Notes under the pieces: generated by a model
The model's database searches: none
The model's input: the letters and a program-made list of their open reading frames with translations, nothing else
Told to the model about the DNA's origin: nothing
Assembly: GCA_951406725.2 (NCBI GenBank)
Contig: OX597815.1
Span: 49,848,001-49,912,000, forward strand
Reading direction: 5' to 3'
Source of the DNA: Octopus vulgaris
Lineage: Eukaryota
DNA length: 64,000 nt
Translations under genes and position numbers: made by a program
Shown: piece by piece, positions 53,641-64,000 of the stretch
Layout: every line of letters starts with the position of its first letter
Numbering within the stretch: the stretch's first letter is position 1

Positions 53641-55160
53641 TAATTATTGTTGAAATGGAACAGTTTTGGTCAGTTTTTGCATCAGTAAACCCTAGACTCA
53701 AAAACTATGTTTAAAACTCTTTTCAACTTGCAATCTTCTACGCTGTTTTATGGTTCTGCTCTCTCAACTTACCAAAAGGTTCAGCACTTAAAAAATGAAA
53801 TTCTCATTTTAATATGGTTAAGTTCTTTGTGGAAGAATAACTGTTTGTTCGTTTGTCTGTTGTTGTCTTTCAGCACCAAATCAGCTCTGACCAAATAACA
53901 GTTCAATAAAGAAAAGCATTCTTGCCATAACCAACCATTCAGTGTTGTTTCCAGACATAATGTATCAAGGAATGTATTATTCAATGTATCCTTCCTCTTT
54001 CAAGCATTTAGGGTGTGAATCAAGTGAGATTTGGTTGATATTTCTAGCAGGCCAATTAATCATGTATAGAAACCACTTTGTTAACAACATGCTGTTGTTC
54101 TTGTTGTTGCTGCCACTGCTTCTGTTGGCGGTGGTGCTTGTGGTGATGGTGTTGGAGGTGGGGATAGGGTTGATATCAATAATCTTTCTGCTCTTCTTAA
54201 AGCCCTAATATTTAATTATTGCAAGGATTTGATATCAATACCGATATTATTAAGATTATATATGATTTATGGTTGGCTTCATACCTCTCACTTGCAATGC
54301 ATTTTTCCTCTTTGTTTCTTTTTGGTTTTTTTTTATATTTTTTCCTCCCTCATATTTTCCCCTCACAATACTTAACTTTAGTTAAACGAATGTCCAGAAA
54401 GAATTATCAGAATTTATTGTAAAAAGAACAAGGCACTAACAAATCCAGAAACCCAATCTTTGGTGAAACAACAGGGCTAATAATAAATAAATTATATGAT
54501 TTATTGCATTCTGATATTGTTATCGCTGTAATTACTCTTTTTGATGTAGGTACTATTATTATTGTAATAGACATTGCTGCTATTCTAATTGATTGTTTCG
54601 ATATTGGGAAACATTGAGGCTTGGAGGTTAAGGTGAAGGATTCTGACTCAACGGTCATGTGTTTTAGCTTTGATGCATCCATTATATTGAGACTAAAGGT
54701 AAGAGACATTACAATAGGAACCACTACTACTATTCATATTTCAAATTTTTAATTGTTAGTTGTTTGGGATAAGCTGCAGAAACCAGTTATCAAGATCCAT
54801 ATGGTAAAAGTATAAATTTGTTCTACAATCACTTGTAAAATTATTTAAAAAATATACTAAGTTTTGTAAACAGATTTTTGATGTATTTTAAGTGATTCTT
54901 TTTAGATATTTCCTGAACTTTTTGGTGTTGTCATTAGAATTCTTGACACACAAAAATAAGATTATATGTGTGTGTGTGTGTGTGTATGTGTGTGTGTATA
55001 GGACAATCAGCTGCAGAATAATATTTAGTACAACAATATGTAAAGCATTAAATTTTCAGAAACTAACCAATACGTTAGTAAAGTAAAATATACTGGGTTG
55101 ATTTGATTAACAAACATAACCCACAAAAATTTCAGGCTTCCTTGAGCCTATATTAGAAAT

Positions 55161-55201
<41 letters not shown>

Positions 55202-55207
55202 TTATAA

Positions 55208-55385
55208 GTAAGTTGGCAGAATCATTAGCTCTTTACATTCTGAGATCAAATTCCATTGAGATGGACTTTACTTTTCATTGTCTCCTTGTCGATAAAAACA
55301 AAGTACCAGTGATGTACTGAGATCAATGTAATCTACTAGCCCTCTCCCCTCAAAATTTCTTGCTTTATGCCTATAGTAGAAATAA
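55208..55385 (+). mobile_element. SINE family B, diverged
   Basis: ggcagaatcattagc..ttctgagatcaaattcc..gtcgataaaa..gtaccagt. Confidence 0.75.
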
Positions 55386-55737
55386 TAACTATTATTGTAT
55401 TCAACTTCCAGATTCAGGTGTCATTTGTGCTACTCTCTTCAAAATATGTTTTATCTAAGTATTACCAAATAAAATTTTCTTTGGAGCATTTTTAACAAAA
55501 ACTATAATTACCCTAGAAGAGGTAGTCCTTGATATTCAGGTTTAGATCACAAGAAAAAGAGGTTTGTTTCATTAACTTTAAAAATGTTATTTACATTACT
55601 TACATTACATTTTCACATCTATAACGGATAATCATACTTAATTATACTATACAACCAATCAATAGTGGCTAAAAACAACACAAAATCAAAACATATAACT
55701 AGATGTACAAGAATAAGAAGAAAATGAACAGTATGAA

Positions 55738-56140
55738 AGGCGTAGGAGTGGCTGTGTGGTAAGTAGTTTGCTTACCAGCCACATGGTTCCAGGTTCAGTC
55801 AAACTGCATGGCACCTTGGGCAAGTGTTTTCTACTATAGCCTTGTGCCGACTAAAGCCTTATGAGTGGATTTGGTAGATGGAAACTGAAAGAAGCGAGTT
55901 GTATATATGTATATATATATGTATGTGTGTGTGTTTCTGAGTCTGTGTTTGTCCCCCCAACATCGCTTGACAACCAATGCTGGTGTGTTTACATCCCCGT
56001 AACTTAGCGGTTTGGCAAAAGAGACCGATAGAATAAGTACTAGGCTTACAAAAAATAAGTCCTGGGGTCGATTTGCTCGACTAAAGGCAGTGCTCCAGCA
56101 TGACCACTGTCAAATGACTGAAACAAGTAAAAGAGTAAAA
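55738..56140 (+). mobile_element. SINE family A, full length
   Basis: aggcgtaggagtggctgtgtggtaag..gactgaaacaagtaaaagagtaaaag. Confidence 0.92.
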
Positions 56141-57731
56141 GAAAATATTGAATTTATAGAACACATTTAATAGAACATGTCCTAAATTCTCAGCTATATC
56201 ATTTGGAAGACAGTAACAGTAATAACAACAAAAATAGCAACTTTTACATGATTCCAGATACTGTGGTCTGTTCCTACAGAAGCTGTCTAAAGACAAATAT
56301 TCCTTTGATATAGATGAACAAGTAGAATTTTCAGATCATGATAGTTACAAGAAACAAAAAACATAGATGAGAGAATTTTGTAAAATCTAACAGAGTTTTT
56401 TTTTTTTTTGCCATGGAAAATAATCCAGAAGGTGAAGAGAAAAATTATATATAATTATATGTCTCTTACAAAAAAGATGGAAAAAATAAGATTTTCCAAG
56501 TAGTACAACAAGCTTTCAAAGATATATCAGCAGAAATTATTGCCACTGAAAAAAGGCGCTGTGTGCTCTATCTTTAAAACTAAAGATAGAGCTAAAGATA
56601 TTGCCAAAACTTGAGCTGAAATTGTCAGATCAATGCATAGGTCAAAGAGACACAAGAGTCACAGTAAGTGATGTTGAACATGATGTAGAATCATGACCAG
56701 AGTGACTTTTATGTTACAAGGAATGTAGTGAAAGCAGGCTTGATGAAAGGTGACCTGTGGTCAAGGAGAACCAAAATGTCCTTGCAAGTTCTTGTGACCT
56801 CCTAAAAGTCATTGGACCATACCAGAACGGTACCCAGTAGAAGGCACTGAGACAAAGAGCACGAGATTGATGATATTAGGTAGAAAGCCACACTACATTT
56901 GTTAGAGTACAGCACACTTTAAGGGTGAACACCCAGAAGAACTTGGAAGATTGAACAAAAACAAGGAATATAAAATGATGAAAATCAACAGAAACAACAA
57001 AAAGAACAACAAACATTAGTTTCCAAAGCATCACCAGCCAAAACTTTGGAGATGGTAAATGAAATATCTTTAGGTCTAGTATTACAAACAGATGAGCAAA
57101 TACCTCATCCCTTATCATTACTATTTTGTAATATCAAACCTTCATTGTGCAATGAGGAAAAGATAATTATAGATGAAGATATGAAGGGAAAAAGAGGAAA
57201 AAATACTCAAGGAAATGAAAATTACTCAAATTTTAATTGATAATGAAATGCCTCTTCAAGAAAATAAAGAAAATACAGAAGATACACCAAAGTTTCATCA
57301 TTCTTCAAAAATCCCAAAGCAGTTAATAGACAAAATTGCACAACACTGGTGCCATGAACTGTCATTGGAAGTTATAATGACACAGAAACAATTAGGTTAG
57401 GAATATAAACAACATGCAAAAGATAGACTACATGTAGAATTAAAACTAAGGCATTGTACCAAACTTAGAAAATAATTCCCTCAAGATATTGGTGTTTTTT
57501 AACACCAAATGTCTCAAACATGTTTAATGGTACATTCAGTTGCACATGAATGCAATTTGAGAAACAGTTAAAGGAAAAGGTCATGGAGTAACCAACTCAA
57601 CCTAGCCAGAAATTATGCATATTTTATTTCCCTAATTTGCATATTGTTTTAATTATCATGCATTTTATTATACTTTTCTATTTCCATGCACATGTTAAAA
57701 TATATTTCTATGTATGTGCATGTGAGTATGT

Positions 57732-57763
<32 letters not shown>

Positions 57764-59271
57764 GTGTGTGTGTGCATGCATGTGTGTATACATGTATATA
57801 TGTGTGTGTAGGTGTGTGTGAACTAATGAATAACAAAAGAACAAAAATTACATAATTAATTTCCTTGGCTGACAGTTGTCTCTGCTATAAGTTTTTGTGC
57901 AGGTATTCAGCTCTGAATGCAAATATCTTATAGCAGGAATAGAGTTGTTTACACTGTTATATATAGAGATGGTATAACAGATTCTCAGTCAATTTCACTT
58001 CAGGGCATTCAGTTGTTCAACCCATTGACTTCATACACATGACATTAATGTACAAGTGGTTGAATATTCTATTGCACATGCCTTAATACAGTTTTCTGTC
58101 CTGTTTATCATGACACAATGTGACAAGGTCAAGTATTTGAATTACAGGTACAATTCCAGAAAAGAGGGTAAGAGAGAGAGAGAGAGAAACTGATTCCAGT
58201 TTTAAACAGGTAATTTATTTATTGATTCCAAATGAATGCAAAGACCTTTGGTAGAATTTGAACTCAGAAAGCAGAGCTGGAACAAATACCAAAGTATTGT
58301 TTTATGAACAGTGGTACAACAGTTCAGAAGATATAGTCATGGTTTTATTTTGCTAATATATTTGGGTCTTCTTTACTATGGATTATAGCCTAATATTTTT
58401 TCTAGAATATTATTCATATAATAGGTTTTAAATGTATTGTCATTACATGATAATCACTGCTGGATTATTATCAACACTATTTTTTTTTAAATGGTAACTA
58501 TATTGTTATTTTTGCCTTTTTGTCATCATCATTGACAATGGAGCCACCATTGATTTTTATCAATATTCTCTTAAAGTATATCAAAAAATATGATGACAAG
58601 AAAAACTAAAGGAAAAAAATCATGCTGGCTTGTTGAGAAATACAAAAAAATTCAAAAATAAAATCTTCAAAAATATAAAAGAATTAGAAGGAAAACCCAA
58701 CATGACGAAGGATGAATAATTTGTCTGGCTTTAAATGGAGAATTGCTGTCAAGTGCCATGCATTTAGGTCTGCTGCTTGCTCCAAAATTTTTAATGATGC
58801 AACAGATAAGAGAAAATTTAAATAGCTTCCTATTTCCCATAATGATCATTACTTCATATAATCTATAGAAAAGTAGTGGCACACTCGTTTACTATCACGT
58901 TAAATGCTTCTCAAGGAAAGCAAGTCCCTAATATACAAATATGAATGGTTATTCCTTCATAATAAAATACAGATAGATAGATAGATACATAGATATAGGC
59001 ACATCATGTAATGTATCTGACTATATCCATTTATGTACATATATGAAATTACTTGAAAGATATGTGTGGGGGTTTTCTTGTTTGCTTATGTGTATGTGTG
59101 AGTAGTGTGTGCATGCATGTGGTGTGTATGTGTGTGTGTGTGTTTCAAAGCTGTATCTTAATAGATTGCTATTTAAAGTCTTGCTTACACACTGCCATGT
59201 TACTGCCTGACAAAAGAGGCAATGCGAAATTCAGTGTAGCCATATTTTGCTTGTGTGTGTGTGTGTGTATT

Positions 59272-59643
59272 TTCTTTTACTCTTTTACTTGTTTTGGCCA
59301 CTTAACTGTGGCCTTGCTGGAGCACCACCTTTGTTTGAACAAATCGACCCCAGGACTTATTCTTTGTAAGCCTAGTATTTATTCTATTGGTCTCTTTTGC
59401 TGGGGATGTAAACACACCAACATCGGTTGTCAAGTGATGGTGGGGGAGGACAAACACAGACACACAATTACATACATATATATCTACGATAGGCTTCTTT
59501 CAGTTTCCGTCTAGCAAATCCACTCACAAGGCTTTGGTCGGGCCAATGTTGTAGTAGAAGACACTTGCCCAAGGTTACATGCAGTGAAACTGAACCCAGA
59601 ACTATATGGCTGGGAAGCAAGCTTCTTACCATACAGCCATTCC
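59272..59643 (-). mobile_element. SINE family A
   Basis: Family A match. Confidence 0.88.
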
Positions 59644-60224
59644 TTTGTATTATTCTTTAACTAGATTAGTATTGACAGATACTTCAAAGGTACAGTCATC
59701 TAAACCTATTCGAAGACACTCTTGATATTATTCTTGTTAAAAAATAATAAATTTGTAGTCTACAAAAGTGTATATGTGTATATACATGCATATCCAACCT
59801 AAACCAGCATGGAACATGACTGCTATATGACGATGATGATGATGATGGCGTGTGTGTGTGCATGCGTGTGTACATGCTTGCACATACAAGCATGCACACT
59901 GTCTTATTCTACTTAATATCTTAGTTAATATATTTTCTTGTTTACTATTTAATGACAGAATCCATCATTTTAACATTATCTAACAGAGTTGTTGGTAATC
60001 TGATTAATTAATGTTCATTAGAACAGCAAATAATCAATTGTTGTCCAATCCAGTGTATGCATGTATGCATGTGCCTCTGTGTGAGTATGTAAGTGTTTGT
60101 TCATGTATGTGGCAGAGAGAGAGAGAGAGAGAGCAAGAATACAATCCTTGAAAGTAGAAACCAATTATCTATTGTATAAAACGTTATTGTATATAATGAC
60201 AAACCAATGCTGGAAGCCCTGTGC

Positions 60225-60748
60225 CAGCGGTTCTCAACCAGGGCCCATATGGCTTTTGGGGGCCCATGTAAGATTTTGCTGTTAAAATTTATGTAAAATA
60301 CATTGCTTATACTTTTACAATACACAAAATATTTTAATTTTTTATAGAATTCCAAATAATATTTAATTATAAAAATAATAATAATAAATAAATGCGCCCT
60401 TTTAAAGCTTAGCCATGGGCCCGGTTTCCTGGTTTCCATGGCATATGTGTTCCCAAGCTGGATGGGACGCCAGTCCGTCACAGCGTTACTCATTTTTGCC
60501 AGCTGAGTGAACTGGAGCAATGTGAAATGAAGTGTTTTGCTCAAGAACACAAAGCGTCGCCCATTCCAGGAATCGAAACCACAATCTTACGATCATGATG
60601 CTGATACCCTAACCACTAAGCCATGCACCTCCACAATTATAAAAATATATTAAAAGTTTTTTTATGTGCATTGAATTGCTATGCAAGTCTAGTAGAGTGA
60701 AATAAGAATCAAAGTAATCCACAAGCAAAAAATGGTTGAGACCCACTG
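60225..60748. mobile_element. hAT (Charlie-like) MITE with nested family D SINE (-, 60378-60634)
   Basis: TIRs CAGCGGTTCTCAACC / GGTTGAGACCCACTG; 8-bp TSD CCCTGTGC / CGCTGTGC; the SINE is flanked by a 13-bp TSD AATTATAAAAATA (60365, 60635). Confidence 0.88.
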
Positions 60749-60782
60749 CGCTGTGCTAATGCTCAGCCAGATTTATATGTTT

Positions 60783-61145
60783 TATCATCATCAACAACAG
60801 CAACAACAACATTTAATGTATATTTTTCCCTGCTGGCATGTGTTGGACGGCCTGGCAGAAACTGGCAAAGCCAGAAGCCACACCAGGTTCCATAGTCTGT
60901 TTTGACTTGGTTTCTATGGCAGGTGGTCTGCCAACTACTTTGGGTGTGTATTATGTAGCACCATCACTAGTGCTTTTTACATGACACTAACAACAGTACT
61001 TTTCATGTGGCACCAGCACCCACGCCAATACTTTTTTATGTGGCACCTTGGTTTTAAGATTTCAATTTTGTCATGGTAGGCAAGTCTTCTCAAATACAGC
61101 AATGCACCACATATCCCAATCTTCAGTTATTTCCTTTGTAAGGTT
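60783..61145 (-). mobile_element. Family C RTE 3' UTR, diverged
   Basis: atttaatg..tgctggcatgtgttggacgg..tgctttttacatg..gtggcaccagcac repeats. Confidence 0.7.
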
Positions 61146-61506
61146 TATTGTTTTATGTGGTTAAATATTTCTCATGATTTTTGGACAATTCTGTTGACTG
61201 TTAACCTCATCTGTGAAACAACATTATATCCCCCAGAATGCACATCATACTTATCATTTGCAATATATGCCATGTTACATGATCTACTTGGGATTGAACT
61301 CATGAACTTTTATTTCATGCAATTTCCAATGATTTTATTCATAGCTCACAGATGAAGATGAAACTAGACAGAACTGTGTTTTGCATAGCATAAATGTTAA
61401 TTTAACTCTTCAAACATTATAATATTAGTATTAAATGCTGCCTTCATAGTATTTAAAAAGAATACAAAATAACACACACATATATATATACATATATATA
61501 TATACA

Positions 61507-61880
61507 CAGGAGTAGCTGTGTGGTAAGTAGCTTGCTTACCAACTACATGGTTCTGGGTTCAGTCCCACTGCATGGCACTTTGGGCAAGTGTCTTCTACTA
61601 TAGCCTCAGGCCAACCAAAGCCTTGTGAGTGGATTTGGTAGATGGAAACTAAAAGAAGCCCATCATATATGATTGTGTGTCAGTGTTTGTCCCCCCCAAC
61701 ATTGCTAGCCCGATGCTGGTGTGTTTACATCCCCGTAACTTAGTGGTTTGGCAAAAGTGACCGATAGAATAAGTACTAGGCTTACAAAGAATAAGTTCTG
61801 GGGTCGATTTGCTCAACTAAAGGTGGTGCTCCAGTATGGCCGCAGTCAAATGACTGAAACAAGTAAAAGAGTGAAAGAGA
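61507..61880 (+). mobile_element. SINE family A
   Basis: Head to tail match. Confidence 0.9.
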
Positions 61881-61977
61881 ACATATATATATAGTTCATA
61901 GATGAGAACCAGATATTCTCCATACAGAATACACTTAGTGCTCAAGAGGTTTAAATTTGAGTGGGTAGAGAAGAAAA

Positions 61978-62628
61978 TGTAAGGATAAGCAAGTTAGGCA
62001 GATTGATATATGTCGAATATTAAATACATTAAATACAAAAAAAAATATGTTTACATACAAAATGGTCTGATTTACACAGAATAGAAATAATCCTTTCTGT
62101 TATAGGCACAAGGCTTGAAATTTGTGCAGGGGATAGTCAATTACATCAACCCCAGTACTCAACTGGTACTTAATTTATTGACCCTGGAAAGAAGAAAGGT
62201 AAAGTCAGCCTCAGCAGAATTTGAACTCAAAATGTTGCAATGGGTGAATTACCACTAAGCATTTCATCCAGTGTGCTAACGATTCTGCCAGCTCGCTGCC
62301 TTACACAGGATAGAAATAATATCAAGAATTAAAGTGGTTGAAGAAGAGTATTACAAATCTAACAGCTGTTTCTGGGGACTCAGTGGTCTAAAATAATGAT
62401 TGCAAATTGATTCCATTAGAGGTTTGTATCATCCGACAATGGAATCAATTTGCAATCATTATTTTTGACCACCAAGACCCAGAAACAGCTGTTAGACTTG
62501 TAATACTTTTCTTCAACCATTTTAATCTTGGATATTATTTCTATTCTGTGTATGTAAGCTTTTTTTTTTGTATTTGATGTATTTAATATTCTTTGTATAT
62601 TGACCTGCCTAATTTCCTTGTCCTTACA
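61978..62628. mobile_element. Penelope-like fold-back element with SINE B (-, 62092-62300) inserted in the left arm
   Basis: Arms meet at the spacer 62418-62437; GAAACAGCTGTTAGAC at 62482; SINE TSD TTACACAGAATAGAAATAAT (62072) / TTACACAGGATAGAAATAAT (62301). Confidence 0.82.
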
Positions 62629-62704
62629 CACAAACACACATATATAAATATATACATGCATAATAATAATAATAATGATAATAATAATAATAATAATAAT
62701 AATA

Positions 62705-63633
62705 TGGTATAAAAGATGGGCTACAGCAAATATTCTGCTCAATACCACTGATTTGCTTGTCAGTTGTTTGACCTTAACCAGTTGAGCATGTCCCTTAGTG
62801 GCTGATGATATGTGCATCTCTGATCATGAGCAGAAGTAGTGGGGCAGCATCATAGCCATGTGTTGAGAGGGATTCTTTGGGGTTTGAATAATTCACCTCT
62901 GGAAACATGGGTGGTTCTTTCAACATCCTTAAACAACCCTTATTCAGGGACCTTTGAGCGGGATGGGCTACTCAACCTGAAGAAAATTCTAACTGGGTCC
63001 CACCTGCAAGGTCATGTGCTGTTTATCTTGATATGAGATCACCATGTCGCGCACATATGGTTGTGATGCATGTGCCTGGTGTACCCTTATCAGACGGGTA
63101 GTCATGATGGGTATATTGGGCTTCGTATATTTTACCCCAGTGTCACTTTGATGGCATGAACTGCTCTTTCACTCAATAATAATAATAATAGTAATAATAA
63201 TAAATAATCTGCTCAATACCACAGATTTGCTTGTCAGTTGTTTGACCGTAACCAGTTGAGCATGTCCCTTAGTGGCTAATGATATGAGCAGAAGTAGTGG
63301 GGGAGCATCATAGCCATGTGTTGAGAAGGATTCTTTGGGGTTTGAATAATTCACCTCTGGAAACAAGTGTGTTTCGTTCAACATCCTTAAACAACTCTTA
63401 TTCAGGGACCTTTTGAGTGGGATGGGTTACTCGACCAGAAGAAAATTCTTATTGGGCCCCACTTGCAAGGTCATGTGCTGTTTATCTTGATATGAGATCT
63501 CCATGTCGCGCACATATGGTTGTGATGCATGTGCCTAGTGTACCCTTATCAGACGGGTAGTCATGATGGGTATATTGGGCTTCGTATATTTTACCCCAGT
63601 GTCACTTTGATGGCATGCACTGCTCTTTCACTC

Positions 63634-63690
<57 letters not shown>
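62705..63690 (+). mobile_element. Two tandem copies (62705-63175, 63208-63634) of a retroposon 3' end with (AAT)n tails, embedded in (AAT)n
   Basis: ~430-bp direct repeats ending ctgctctttcactc-aataataat. Confidence 0.8.
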
Positions 63691-64000
63691 CTCTATATAT
63701 ATAAAGCTGAAGTTGTCTGTGTATGGCAGTTTGGTAGCCTTCAACTAACACTATCTCCTCCGAGACTCTGCGGCACAAGTTGACCAAAATTGAAAGTATG
63801 ATAGAAGAAGGTTTGCTCTTCCTTCCGTAGTAGAAAAAATTCAAATCGGACCATGTTAACACCAAAAATTATTTACATCAAAAAGGTACTTTTTTTCTAT
63901 GAAAATCCCTATTTTTTATGATTTTTTGACTGCTGTATCACCATTTTTCAGTGTATTTCAACTAGAAAAATGTTCACTTAAAGAGAATAACAAGCTACAT
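63690..64000 (+). mobile_element. Probable Helitron-like element 5' end, truncated by the window edge
   Basis: Starts TCTCTATATATATAAAG, like the 5' end of 4343-4839; 3' end not visible. Confidence 0.45.

Noticed and set aside
54407-54724. 105-aa minus-strand ORF
   Set aside because: Ile/Thr/Ser bias from degenerate triplet repeats; no motif or splice support.
56250-57500. A-rich stretch with short K/E/N-rich ORFs, possibly a LINE ORF1 relic (similar character at 27650-28070)
   Set aside because: No diagnostic motif recognisable by eye, so left unannotated.

Overview
AT-rich, microsatellite-dense animal DNA with no recognisable host protein-coding gene; probably intronic or intergenic. The SINE families resemble those I recall from Octopus (coleoid cephalopod); this is an inference, not a database result. 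The window is a mosaic of tRNA-derived SINEs (two dominant families with >10 copies each, often nested, several with TSDs), RTE and CR1 LINE relics, decayed DNA transposons (mariner, maT/DD37D, Merlin, hAT-, Tc1- and piggyBac-type MITEs, Helitron-like elements) and simple repeats. The most notable signal is a set of Penelope-like element (PLE) derivatives: a decayed GIY-YIG endonuclease 3' end (22.5-23.1 kb), at least four long fold-back palindromes, and about eight minimal type-I hammerhead-ribozyme motifs (CTGANGA..GAAA-palindrome-UH) from sequence-unrelated families, ranging from core-intact to partial or decayed. One TSD-flanked unit (50512-50842) joins a Pol III tRNA-like head to a core-intact hammerhead and an inverted tail, i.e. 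a candidate Penelope-mobilised, self-cleaving SINE. All alignments were done by eye, so repeat boundaries are approximate.
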